Shown: piece after piece, positions 1 to 10,490 of the stretch | How positions within the stretch are numbered: the stretch's first letter is position 1 | Layout of the letters: each line of letters starts with the position of its first letter | From: Nitrosopumilus sp. | GTDB taxonomy: Archaea; Thermoproteota; Nitrososphaeria; Nitrososphaerales; Nitrosopumilaceae | Reading direction: 5' to 3' | DNA length: 64,000 nt | NCBI GenBank assembly: GCA_965205675.1 | Contig: OZ242186.1 | Span: 1,536,001 to 1,600,000, forward strand | Notes under the pieces: generated by a model | The model's database searches: none | Told to the model about the DNA's origin: nothing | The model's input: the letters and a program-made list of their open reading frames with translations, nothing else | Made by a program: the position numbers and the translations under genes

Positions 1-267
1 TTTTTCATCTGAATGTAATGCTGTACCCTTGTTTAGTAAGGCATTCAGATTTTTAGGAGAAATACCAAGTGCCTTATTATATGAGCGAATAGCAAGTTTT
101 AGTTTTCCCATATTTTGTAAAGTGACTCCTCTGTCAACAAGAATATTGGGATTATCAGGCTCTTCTTTTAATGCCAAATCATAAAATTTCAAAGCATCAG
201 AATAGTTTTCATCCTCAACGCATTCAAAAGCTTGCATTAACATTTTTCCTACTTTATCACTCATCAT
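1..267 (-). CDS. TPR-repeat protein (runs off window start)
   Basis: Manual translation MMSDKVGKMLMQAFECVEDENYSDALKFYDLALKEEPDNPNILVDRGVTLQNMG... fits the TPR pattern. Confidence 0.75.
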   Translation of the reverse strand, partial: MMSDKVGKMLMQAFECVEDENYSDALKFYDLALKEEPDNPNILVDRGVTLQNMGKLKLAIRSYNKALGISPKNLNALLNKGTALHSDEK

Positions 268-420
268 ATTTGATAATATTTTGTCAATAATGTAGTTTTA
301 CATTATAACATATCAAATATACAAACAAGTAATTACGTCCATGTATTGATTGAAGAAAACGAGGTATAAAATAATCATTTTTTGATTTATTTTTGAACTA
401 GAGTATACAAGAATTCAGTT

Positions 421-774
421 TCATTCAACAATGCTAACTGAAGTATCAAATTGTGTATTCCAGCGATTAGACCAACGTCTTATCAAAAACATTGCAAACA
501 GGATGGTTCCAATTTGAACCCCCACAGAATATATGAATTGGTCACCATCGATGCCATAATAAAACGTCATTACATTTCTAAATCCCTCAAGACCCTCATC
601 TTCAACAGGAAGAAATATGGCCGAAGTAATAGATACAGGAATTGCAATTACAAATATTACTAGTGCTAGATATTTTCTCAATTTTTTGATACGATATGCC
701 GCATACATATCAAGAATAGGAATAGCACAAAATACCGTCTGAATAGTTAAACTCACTTTTCCTTTTGCAGGCAT
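421..774 (-). CDS. Hypothetical membrane protein
   Basis: 117-aa ORF with 2-3 hydrophobic segments. Confidence 0.65.
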   Translation of the reverse strand: MPAKGKVSLTIQTVFCAIPILDMYAAYRIKKLRKYLALVIFVIAIPVSITSAIFLPVEDEGLEGFRNVMTFYYGIDGDQFIYSVGVQIGTILFAMFLIRRWSNRWNTQFDTSVSIVE

Positions 775-849
775 AATGTTATGATAGCATGAGAGTTAAT
801 TATGATTACTATTAAAAAACATTGCATGCAGTATAGAAGATTTATGTGT

Positions 850-1077
850 CTAAGAGGCAAATTTGTCTCGAGGTTCAATTTCAAGGGATCTGTTAAAACA
901 ATCCAGAGATTCCTCATATCTGCCCAAAACACGTAATACAATTCCCTTGTTATTCCAAAGATCAGGATCATTTTGATTCAAAAGAAGTGCTTGTTCAAAA
1001 AAACCCAAAGCATCATCAAATTGTCCATTACTCATCAAAATTTTTCCTTTCTTGATAAATTCTTCAATTTCATCCAT
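850..1077 (-). CDS. Small TPR protein
   Basis: DDALGFFEQALLLNQNDPDLWNNKGIVLRVLGRYEESLDCFNRSLEIEP gives two TPR units. Confidence 0.85.
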   Translation of the reverse strand: MDEIEEFIKKGKILMSNGQFDDALGFFEQALLLNQNDPDLWNNKGIVLRVLGRYEESLDCFNRSLEIEPRDKFAS

Positions 1078-1330
1078 AAATTATTAAAGATTTCATTTGT
1101 ATTAAATCTGTGATTATATTTGGGTTGGATCTAGCTTTTACATGACTATAGTTCTTTCTTCTTTTCCAAACATATTCTGACTTTAGTCTGAAAATGATGG
1201 AGTGAGCTAGTTTGAGAATAACAGATGTGTATTAAATCTAAAACAAGATAATGCAGTAGTGATGGTAAAAAATAAACAAACTTACACTAATTTCATGAAA
1301 ATTTAAATAAATTTTTTGCCATAATAGATT

Positions 1331-1774
1331 ATGAGTCTGGATAAGACGGATGAAAAAATTATCAAACATTTACTAGTAGATGCGAGACAATCAGCAAGAC
1401 AGCTTGCAATAAAACTAGACATGTCTACAGTCACAGTTCTATCAAGAATAAAAAAACTAGAGAAAGAAAAAATCATTCACGGATATACTGCTATTATTGA
1501 TCACGAAAAAATTGGATATTCATTAACTGCCATTATTGAGATCATATCTAAAAACGACAAAGTGGTAGACATTGAAAAAGAGATATCTAAATTTGTAAAT
1601 GTGTGTGGGGTATATGACATTACGGGAACCACAGATACCGTAATTATAGCAAAATTCAAAGAGAGGGATGAATTGAGTAAATTTGTAAAGAGTTTAGCAA
1701 CTATACCAAATGTAATAAATACAATCACACACGTAGTTCTAAATACAGCAAAAGAAGATTTTAGATTATCATAA
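1331..1774 (+). CDS. Lrp/AsnC family transcriptional regulator
   Basis: LDKTDEKII..DAR HTH start and VYDITGTTD RAM domain. Confidence 0.92.
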   Translation: MSLDKTDEKIIKHLLVDARQSARQLAIKLDMSTVTVLSRIKKLEKEKIIHGYTAIIDHEKIGYSLTAIIEIISKNDKVVDIEKEISKFVNVCGVYDITGTTDTVIIAKFKERDELSKFVKSLATIPNVINTITHVVLNTAKEDFRLS

Positions 1775-1785
1775 GGTATAAAAAA

Positions 1786-2334
1786 ATGAATAATTTGAGG
1801 ATTTTAGTAATTTCAATTATCATATTTGGTGGAATGTATACAGCATATGCTCAAAATGATAATCTGGACATGGAATTAGAAATAACAGATGAAGAGAAGA
1901 TCATACTATTTTTAGGATTTACTATTGCAGTGTTGGCAATATTTTTGTTTCTAGCAAGAGACATAATTCTTAAGAAAAAAACATCATATGATAACGAGGA
2001 ATTTGAATCAAAAAAAGATAAGACGTTTGAAAAATATCACTCAGACTGGGGAGATGATTATGAGGAATTAGGACAAAGGAGAAATACAAAAGAAGATAAA
2101 GAATTCAGAGAAGCACTAGACAAAGATGAGTTACCAAATTATTATGAAATCATAGGGGTTTCCACAAATGCAACTTTAGAAGAAATTAAAAAGAAATTCA
2201 GAGAACAAGCAAAAAAAACCCATCCGGATAAAACAAAAGAAAATTCTGAAGAAGAGATGGTAGAACTAAACAAAGCATATGAGGTACTATCAGATAAAGA
2301 ACGCAGGGAGAAATATGATAAATATCTAAAATAG
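1786..2334 (+). CDS. Membrane-anchored DnaJ-domain protein
   Basis: NYYEIIGV...HPD...LNKAYEVLSD J-domain after N-terminal TM helices. Confidence 0.88.
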   Translation: MNNLRILVISIIIFGGMYTAYAQNDNLDMELEITDEEKIILFLGFTIAVLAIFLFLARDIILKKKTSYDNEEFESKKDKTFEKYHSDWGDDYEELGQRRNTKEDKEFREALDKDELPNYYEIIGVSTNATLEEIKKKFREQAKKTHPDKTKENSEEEMVELNKAYEVLSDKERREKYDKYLK

Positions 2335-2335
2335 A

Positions 2336-2740
2336 TTAAACACATTCTAGTTTTACAACAATCATACTAAGTTCAATAGAGTTAGGAGTCTGAACACTAC
2401 TAGTCAGATTAGTAAAAATTTCAAGAGAAACAAGATTATCATCAGATTCAATCACAGTGGAGATTTTAAGTTCCCCAAATTCAGTATTGGGCCCTAGCAT
2501 TTTTTTAGTCAGTAAAGGAACAACTGAAAGATCTTCTAGCACACATTTCATTTTGTATGCAAATTTATCTGAAAAATATGCCCCACCACGAGTAGTAGGT
2601 TCACTAACAGGTATTGGGGAGTTTTTTATTGATGTACTGATGATCGGGTATGTTCGATCATTAAGATAAAGTGTAAATTGGGGAGAATTTTTTTCATTAA
2701 AGTCTATTAATTTATCCAATAATTCTTCGTTAAGTGGCAT
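2336..2740 (-). CDS. Conserved hypothetical protein
   Basis: 134-aa ORF convergent with the DnaJ gene, with PTTRGGAYFS motif. Confidence 0.7.
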   Translation of the reverse strand: MPLNEELLDKLIDFNEKNSPQFTLYLNDRTYPIISTSIKNSPIPVSEPTTRGGAYFSDKFAYKMKCVLEDLSVVPLLTKKMLGPNTEFGELKISTVIESDDNLVSLEIFTNLTSSVQTPNSIELSMIVVKLECV

Positions 2741-2751
2741 TCAAAAAATTA

Positions 2752-3029
2752 CCAAATTATAATTCTATTGAGTGTTTTGCTAAAATTGGGGGGAAGAAAA
2801 GCAGATGTGTAGAAAAATATATGCAATCAAGGAAAAATAACTCCAATACAAGAGGGTCCATAATGTGTAGAAAAAACATTTTGTCACCAGATACACGGAT
2901 ACATTTGACAATAATATGCAAGCAGTAATCAGCAGTGACGATAGGGATATAATATAAATTCACAAGAGTTTTTGTGCCTGTATAACGCATATTCTGACTA
3001 TGAATAGTTCCCATAGAATTATAATTTGA
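2752..3029. mobile_element. MITE / internally deleted IS, 278 bp
   Basis: Perfect 16-bp terminal IR CAAATTATAATTCTAT / ATAGAATTATAATTTG, TA on both flanks, no credible ORF. Confidence 0.65.
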
Positions 3030-3106
3030 TATTGTTATTGATTTTGTAGTATTATTGAATCTCTTAGCAAATTCAATAAATCTTGAATATAATTAATTTA
3101 AATAAT

Positions 3107-5282
3107 AGACCTCTTGCGTAATTACAAACAAAATCTTATCTTTCATTGAATTTAATTTCAAATAATTTCTAATCTTATGGAATCACAACAAACTCTTGCT
3201 TCCATCTTGTCTTGAAATTCACAATTCCACATACGATGTCACTTATTGCATCATATCTGCACAATCTGTTCCTAAATGTCTCAGAATTAATCCTAAACTT
3301 TTTGATTTGAGAGATAATATGTTCTACTTTTATTCGGATTCTTGACTGCATCTTGTTCCATTCCTTTTGATGTATGGTCAGTTTTTTTCCTTTCTTTTTC
3401 TTGTATGGTAGAATGCTTGTCTGTTCTGGGAAATCTTTTTCCACTCCCAAATACCCAATGTCATAAAATATCATCACATCTTCGGGCAGTTCTGGATGTC
3501 TGATTTTCAGTATGGCATAATCATGTTACCTGGAGAATGTGGGGGTTTGTGGATTATCTCACCTTTCTGGTTTATGGTGATTTGGTTTTTTATTGTGTGT
3601 TTTTTCTTTTTGCCTGAATAGTGAGTCTTTCTTTTCTTTTTGTTCTGGGGTCTTGGGATTGGTTGTTCAGTACCATCAGTCATTGCAATTAATTCAGGAA
3701 AGAACAGTTGGAGTTGCTGTACATCATTTATTTTTTTAGAATCAGAGTATAGTTTTGCAGGAATAGGAACTGTTTTTCTTACTGCAGGCTCTAAATCTGA
3801 TGTTTCTGTAGACGTTGCTCTGGTCTAATCCAAACAGATATCCTGTCAATTCACATGTCAGGTACATCCGATAGTAAACAAACAACATTACAAGCTGGTC
3901 TTCAAGACTCAAATCAAACTTTCGCCCAGCTCCGATACTTCTTTTTCTCTTTGCTTTGGATAATCTCTTCTTTTCTTCTATACTTCCTAACATAAGTTCG
4001 TCAACCATCTTCTCATTGCATATACTTGAGAATGTCTAAATTGAATCGTCTGGTTCTGTAATATTTGGAGATGTTATTTTTCAGATTACTTGGAGATGGC
4101 AGATACTGTGACACCAACAAATTGTATTTTCCTGGGCTTCCATACTTCCTCAACTGCATTGAACTGTGGTGAGCCTTTTGGAAACCAATTCAATAGAACA
4201 TCATCTGCATTCTCATCAAGATATTTTTGTACTAGTTTTGATCTGTGTTGTGGTGCTCGGTCTACATAGACTAGAATCTTGCCAAACTTTCTGTGCAATT
4301 CCTTTAGATAATCCAAAAAACAGTACTGATCAAATTTTTCATATTGTCTGAATAATTGCCTGCCGTCATGAGTCAGTGCACCAAAAATGATTGTTTTTTG
4401 ATGTGACCCGTTTACTAGAATAATTGGACGGGTTCCTTTCTTTACCCACATCTTTTTTCTAAATATCGCATCAGCAGTAAAGATGGACTCATCTTGTGCA
4501 AGAACTGTAAAGCCTTTTGCTATTTTTGAGGCTATTTGTTCTTTGGAGTTTTTTTAAACCAGAGTTTTTCCTCAACACTAGCTGAATTTACAAATCTCTT
4601 TGCTGCAACCTTTGGAACAAATCCCCATTTGTGTAATAATCTGTACACATGAACCTCATGATATTTTACACCTGATTTTTGATAAATCAGATTCATCACT
4701 TGCTTTGCACTCCAGCCGGATTGTTTTTCTGCAATTTGTAGTTGAATGCTGACTAGTTTCTTTTTTGGTATACTAGTTGGTCTGCCAGTTCTAGGCAAGT
4801 CTTGCAGTCCTGCAATTCCATATTCTGCAAATCTATCTAACCATTTGTATGCCCATGAACGTACACGTCCAAGATTCTTTGCAACATGTGATGCAATTTG
4901 GTTCTCAAGTAATACTCGCTTTATCAAAAATAGCCTTTCTTTTACCTTGACGTTCTTTTCATCTTTGTATGCTTGAATTAATTTTTGATTATTCATGGTT
5001 TGATGTGTAATGTTTTGATCAATATGGCATTTGGTAAAATAAATCAGATCAACAGATCATAAAATTTTGTTAGAGAGTATATACGGTGATTCTTTCTGAC
5101 ATCCTTTAGAATCACATCAAACTGTTGCCTAGTTACTCCAGTAAAAGAGAGAAGTGATTTTGGCTTTTTTGAGAGTTGCTTGTATGTTAACATGAAATGT
5201 GTTAAGTTGTTCTTAGCTTTGGATCTTGCTGTGAAGGAATTTGTGTAATATGGTAAAATATGTCTAATTGCGCAAGAGGTCT
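3107..5282 (-). mobile_element. IS5-family (ISL2/DDE_Tnp_4-type) element, copy A; frameshifted and interrupted by IS630
   Basis: TIR AGACCTCTTGCGTAATTA...TAATTGCGCAAGAGGTCT; transposase pieces at 3175-3980 and 5082-5193 match the copy at 52790-53864. Confidence 0.92.
3981..5079 (-). mobile_element. IS630-family element nested in IS5 copy A (orfA 4532-4996, orfB about 4086-4550)
   Basis: TA duplication relative to the uninterrupted IS5; imperfect IR TACTTCCTAACA/TGTTAGAGAGTA; HTH orfA, DDE orfB (QDES, DRAPQH, PQFNAVE); TTTAAAAAAAC slippery site. Confidence 0.9.
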
Positions 5283-5980
5283 AGTATTCCTTTACACAAT
5301 GTCTAATCTTAGGACGACCTAATTTTCGTACAATAGACAAGAATGGGTACATGAAAATACTTAAATTTCGAAGATGTGTAATTGAGATATGAGCCAATTA
5401 ATTGATGATACATCAGGTAATGGAGTATTAGTTGATGAAACTGATAAATTCGAATTATCAATTTCTTTAGGATCTACGTTAATTATTGATAAATCTTCAT
5501 ACGTGCTTGAAGATGATTTATCGTAATAATTTAAAATATTAAACTTCAACAATCTTTAGTTATTGTAATTTCTTTACTGCAAATAATCAATTTATTTTTT
5601 CAGGATTTCCTAATTTTTTCTGTTATTGGTTTTAGACCTATTCAGATTGCACATTTTAATTCATCAAAATTTAATCTCACTGTAAATTATGTTCCATCTT
5701 CCCCCCCCCTTGTTAATGACAATGGTTATTATTCTATCCTGAAATTACCGATATTTAATATGAAAAAAGACCGACAATAATGATCAATACCTTTCTAGAA
5801 GAACGCATTTTAGAGTTATTTTTCAATTATAGAGACATCTCAAATGTGTCAACCATGTAAAAAATCACTATTTGCAATAAATGAGGAACATAGTGTTATC
5901 TGTAGATTCATCAAGCATTATTGGGTTATTCCAATCATACAGATTAGAAAATCAGGAAAGATGAGATCATCTTTAAAAAC

Positions 5981-7318
5981 ATGAAACTAGATCGAACTGT
6001 ATTGCAACAATTTGCAAAGATCAGTACAATTAGAAATGAAATTCTCAGCCTCATGGTGGAAAATAAGTTAGAAGATAATTGCTATGTAGAAATGCTAGAT
6101 TATACTATTAATTTATTTGAAAGTCAAGGACTTGGAACAGAATATTATGGGTATCACAACATCAATCACGAATTAGAAGTAACATATGTTTCACTATTAG
6201 CAATAAATCAGAAAAAAATACAATTCACAGATGAAGATATAAAATATCTATATGTTGCAGCTTTGTTTCATGATTTTGATCCTCAGAAAAGTGTAGATAA
6301 ACCTCACGAAGAAAGCGTTTTGAGATTTATTTCAATGGATAAAAAACTATGCCAGTTAATTAATGATGCACATATAGACTTGGAAATAATCAAAGTTTTA
6401 ATCTTAAGAACAACATATCCATGGAGTGGAGAACTAAGAAAGAATGCAGAAGTTCAAATCAAGGAATGTTTTAGTAATTCAGAGATATCAAGAAATGATC
6501 TCCCATACCAAGAACACATTATGGAGATGGGATGGTATCTCTCAGTAGTAGATAGAATAAGCGGTTATGCGTTAGGGGATTTTACAAAAGCCATGGAGAT
6601 GGCAAAAATGAATGCACATGCATTAGCCTGGAGACCATCATTAATTGTTAGAAGTGCAGTGGCATACTTTGAAGAATTGTTAAACAAAGAAACAAACATG
6701 GCAAAAGGGATTCTTAAAGTACTTCCAAAAGAAATGAGAAAGAACTTTTTTGATACAGTGCTGTCATTTATGGAAATTAGACAACAAGAAATTACAATTC
6801 AAGCCGATTATTCATACGAAAATTTAAAATTAATTCCAATAATAGAATCAATGGGAACAAGAGAAGACCCAAGTTTCATCAAGGCATTATATAACATTTT
6901 TTTAGAATTACCAACACCGCTACAGTTTGAAAAAGAAAATTTTGAAAAATCAGTTAAAGACCCCCAAATAATTATCAACACATTAAGATTAAATGATAAA
7001 AATGGAGAAATCATAGGATTCTCAAAAGGCGGACCTCTTGAAAACTATAGGTTACGAGAAGAAATTAGAGATGAAAATTATGGTTTAGGGAACACAGTAT
7101 TTTTAGAACCATTGGCACTGAAAATGGGATATTGGGGATTGAAGGGAGGTAGTGAAATGAGACACATGTTCATAATGCAGGCCCATTCCATGAAATTTAA
7201 ATTTTTGACAAGTTTTGCATTACGTGATGTCATCAGAGCTAGAATAGATAAAGAGCAAGCAGAATTTGTAACATTATTTGATCCCGAAAGATGGGATTAT
7301 TATAGAATCAAAATTTAG
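5981..7318 (+). CDS. HD-domain protein with C-terminal GNAT-like region
   Basis: YHNINH and ALFHDFD motifs; C-terminal IIGFSKGGPLE..VFLEPLAL. Confidence 0.8.
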   Translation: MKLDRTVLQQFAKISTIRNEILSLMVENKLEDNCYVEMLDYTINLFESQGLGTEYYGYHNINHELEVTYVSLLAINQKKIQFTDEDIKYLYVAALFHDFDPQKSVDKPHEESVLRFISMDKKLCQLINDAHIDLEIIKVLILRTTYPWSGELRKNAEVQIKECFSNSEISRNDLPYQEHIMEMGWYLSVVDRISGYALGDFTKAMEMAKMNAHALAWRPSLIVRSAVAYFEELLNKETNMAKGILKVLPKEMRKNFFDTVLSFMEIRQQEITIQADYSYENLKLIPIIESMGTREDPSFIKALYNIFLELPTPLQFEKENFEKSVKDPQIIINTLRLNDKNGEIIGFSKGGPLENYRLREEIRDENYGLGNTVFLEPLALKMGYWGLKGGSEMRHMFIMQAHSMKFKFLTSFALRDVIRARIDKEQAEFVTLFDPERWDYYRIKI

Positions 7319-7397
7319 AAAAATTAGAATAATTTACAGTTAAAGTTAGAAATTTTAATGGAGAAAGGCTTTTGTAACTAAAAAATATTCGAAAATC

Positions 7398-7820
7398 GTG
7401 GTTGGTAAGAGCATAGAACTGTTAGTGATACTAGTAATTATTGTAAACATCGCTCCAGTATTTGCATCAGATTTAGAGAGAACATCAATTAGCAATCCAA
7501 GATTAGAAAATACATCTAGGACATCAGTTAACGATAAAATAAACACAAATCAACAAATTCAAATTTCAGCAGACATTACAAATCATCAGACAAAATCACA
7601 GAGTTTTGTACACATTATTCAAATTAGAGACGAGATGGATCTAATTGTAAAAGTAGGATGGATAAGTGCAGGATTATCACCAGAACAAAAATTGACAGCG
7701 TCACAATCATGGATTCCAACTGAATCGGGAGAATACACTGTAGAGATTTTTGTTTGGGAAAGTTTAGCAAACCAGAATGCATTAGCAAATTTTGTGAAAT
7801 TACCAATTAGTGTAAGTTAA
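7398..7820 (+). CDS. Secreted Ig-like hypothetical protein
   Basis: Signal peptide; SQSWIPTESGEYTVEIFVWES beta-sandwich motif. Confidence 0.75.
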   Translation: MVGKSIELLVILVIIVNIAPVFASDLERTSISNPRLENTSRTSVNDKINTNQQIQISADITNHQTKSQSFVHIIQIRDEMDLIVKVGWISAGLSPEQKLTASQSWIPTESGEYTVEIFVWESLANQNALANFVKLPISVS

Positions 7821-7962
7821 AATTCAGAGAAAATTAACAAGGAATCAATGACCAATACGAAAAAAATAGATTTGGAGCACAATAAATTGGATCGAGGATT
7901 CGTCTAATAGTAAAAAAAATTCGACTAGTTCTCGCTAATATTACCTTGAGCCTAATATGAAT

Positions 7963-8115
7963 ATGACAATAGGATATTGTGTAAAGTGTCGAGATAAACG
8001 AGAAATCGGCGGCCCTAAACCATACACTATGAAGAATGGCAAACCTGCAATCAAGGGTACATGCCCTACATGTAGCACAGCCATTTTTAGAATTGGTAAG
8101 ACTAAATCTCTCTAG
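7963..8115 (+). CDS. Small zinc-ribbon protein (DUF5679-like), 50 aa, absent from the ORF track
   Basis: MTIGYCVKCRDKREIGGPKPYTMKNGKPAIKGTCPTCSTAIFRIGKTKSL, two CxxC pairs. Confidence 0.8.
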   Translation: MTIGYCVKCRDKREIGGPKPYTMKNGKPAIKGTCPTCSTAIFRIGKTKSL

Positions 8116-8359
8116 CGAGAAGTTTAGTATTGTCAATCATCAACAAGGCCATTTCATATTAAACGCATTGGAATGGATCTTTTTCTATTTCTTCAGTAAT
8201 TTTATTTTTTAATACAAAAAAGAAATTCTCTAATGCATCAAGATGCCATCGCCAACCAATTCTTTACCTGTCTGGATCTCTCTGGAATAGGATCAGATAA
8301 AATAAACTGATTTTTAGTTTTTGAGAATTATTTAGTTCACAAACTTTGTCTTTTCGCTA
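8113..8359. mobile_element. Probable MITE / IS remnant
   Basis: Short IR TAGCGAGAAG / CTTTTCGCTA; the right-end 35 bp recur at 48123-48157. Confidence 0.5.
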
Positions 8360-8390
8360 TATTTTTAAACAAACTTTGTAATGTAAGATA

Positions 8391-10490
8391 TTGTATTTAC
8401 CAGCAACGTTAATTTTTATTTTTTGTGTTCTAATCTTTATTCCCGTACATTCTGAATCAATAACTCCTCCTTCCCATAAGACAATGTCAGGCACATTCCA
8501 CGATTATAAGATCTCTTTAATGTTTAATGATGGAATGGTGCAAGGAACCATAAACAATAGTGATAAGATAATCAATCTAGATGACATCAAAATAATAGAT
8601 AGGCATGATAGATTTTATATTTTTGACAAAGATAACAATCTAAAGATTTTCTCAAAACAACTAGGGAATACCGACAAATATTTAGTTTTAGTAAAGATAT
8701 ATCCAGATACCAAACTTAGATTCATTACAGAAACAAACGAGTCAAAGAAGAATTTAGATCAGCGTAATTTACTTGATGCAATGAATCAAAAACAATCACA
8801 GTCAGAAGAAATAGAATCAGAAAAATCATTCAAAGAACAACAGTTACAAAAAAAACACAATAAACTAGAACGGCAATTAGAGAAATTACAAAACAATTCA
8901 CAACAAACAACTAAACAAGAAAAACAAGTTCTAAACTCTGAAAAAACAAAAGAGCAAATTATTGCAGATTTTGAAAGATCAAAGAGAATCACAGGAATGA
9001 CTTTGGTTGAAAATAAAGATACCGAAACAACTACAACAAGCAAAAGAGAAACAGCAACTGTACCAGATAAGGCAATTGAATTATTCTTATCTGTTCCACA
9101 TAATGTTCTATGGGAAAATGAGTTGAGATATACCATACTAGTCACTGATGGTAGCGGACACAGATACAATTTAGATTATGGAGATTATACTGGCAATGAG
9201 ATTGAAGATGCAAACATTACTGGACAAATAACAGATCCATCAGGTGAAATATTGCAAAATTTTAATGGTACTACTAATTCACAAGGAACCTACTTTAACA
9301 AATTCATTATCCCTGATCGGAGTACAACTATAGGAGAATATACAGTATCAGTTCAGGTAGCAAATACCTTCAAAGATGGAACAGTTGTAGAATCCGATGC
9401 CAGTGAGACATTCTTTGTGTTTGGTGGGATAGATACAACCGGAGATGTTGCAGGACCTGAATTTGTTTCTGCTGCATTTGATGCCAACACCGGAGTTTTA
9501 AATATTACATTTAATGAGACCGTACGCAACACTGACTCTTCTCCTGTGGATCTCTCAAAGCTGTTCCTTAGTGCACCAGGCACTGAGAATCAAGTGTCCC
9601 TTGCAGATGCAACAGTTGATACTGAAGGCAACTCTGTCACACTATCTATCACCCTAACTGAAGAACAGAGAATATCAACACTTGGCAACTCTCTTACACC
9701 ACAGCTAGACATTGCAGAAGATGCAGTAAGTGATTTTGTAGGAAACGGCATTGCAGCATCAGAGGACAATGTGATAACTACAACTGGAGATACTGCCAGT
9801 CCTGAATTCCATTCTGCTGCATTTGATGCCAACACCGGAGTCTTGGATATTACATTTAATGAGACCGTACGCAACACTGACTCTTCTCCTGTGGATCTCT
9901 CAAAGCTGTTCCTTAGTGCACCAGGCACTGAGAATCAAGTGTCCCTTGCAGATGCAACAGTTGATACTGAAGGCAACTCTGTCACACTATCTATCACCCT
10001 AACTGAAGAACAGAGAATATCAACACTTGGCAACTCTCTTACACCACAGCTAGACATTGCAGAAGATGCAGTAAGTGATTTTGTAGGAAACGGCATTGCA
10101 GCATCAGAGGACAATGTGATAACTACAACTGGAGATACTACTGACCCTAAATTTGTTTCTGCTGCATTTGATGCCAACACCGGAGTTTTAAATATTACAT
10201 TTAATGAGACCGTACGCAACACTGACTCTTCTCCTGTGGATCTCTCAAAGCTGTTCCTTAGTGCACCAGACACTGAGAATCAGGTGCCCCTTGCAGGTGC
10301 AACAGTTGATACTGAAGGCAACTCTGTCACACTATCTATCACCCTAACTGAAGAACAGAAAATGTCAACACCTGGCAACTCTGGGACTCCACAGCTAGAC
10401 ATTGCAGAAGATGCAGTAAGTGATTTTGTAGGAAACGGCATTGCAGCATCAGAGAACAATGCGATAACTACAACTGAACCCCCTGTATAA
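8391..10490 (+). CDS. Large secreted/surface protein with three near-identical 115-aa Ig-like repeats
   Basis: Signal peptide, coiled coil, MG2-like segment, then 3x PEFVSAAFDANTGVLNITFNETV...DFVGNGI. Confidence 0.85.
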   Translation: MYLPATLIFIFCVLIFIPVHSESITPPSHKTMSGTFHDYKISLMFNDGMVQGTINNSDKIINLDDIKIIDRHDRFYIFDKDNNLKIFSKQLGNTDKYLVLVKIYPDTKLRFITETNESKKNLDQRNLLDAMNQKQSQSEEIESEKSFKEQQLQKKHNKLERQLEKLQNNSQQTTKQEKQVLNSEKTKEQIIADFERSKRITGMTLVENKDTETTTTSKRETATVPDKAIELFLSVPHNVLWENELRYTILVTDGSGHRYNLDYGDYTGNEIEDANITGQITDPSGEILQNFNGTTNSQGTYFNKFIIPDRSTTIGEYTVSVQVANTFKDGTVVESDASETFFVFGGIDTTGDVAGPEFVSAAFDANTGVLNITFNETVRNTDSSPVDLSKLFLSAPGTENQVSLADATVDTEGNSVTLSITLTEEQRISTLGNSLTPQLDIAEDAVSDFVGNGIAASEDNVITTTGDTASPEFHSAAFDANTGVLDITFNETVRNTDSSPVDLSKLFLSAPGTENQVSLADATVDTEGNSVTLSITLTEEQRISTLGNSLTPQLDIAEDAVSDFVGNGIAASEDNVITTTGDTTDPKFVSAAFDANTGVLNITFNETVRNTDSSPVDLSKLFLSAPDTENQVPLAGATVDTEGNSVTLSITLTEEQKMSTPGNSGTPQLDIAEDAVSDFVGNGIAASENNAITTTEPPV
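9435..10475 (+). repeat. 3 x 345-bp intragenic tandem repeat
   Basis: TCTGCTGCATTTGATGCC recurs at 9468, 9813 and 10158. Confidence 0.95.

Noticed and set aside
5283-5980. Short ORF 5361-5552 and surrounding AT-rich DNA
   Set aside because: Probably decayed coding sequence; no recognisable motif or structure
7929-7937. TTCTCGCTA inverted relative to TAGCGAGAA at 8113, bracketing the zinc-ribbon gene
   Set aside because: Only 9 bp with no TSD; may be chance
9353-10273. Three repeated minus-strand ORFs (MPGALRNSFERS...)
   Set aside because: Antisense shadows of the 345-bp coding repeat
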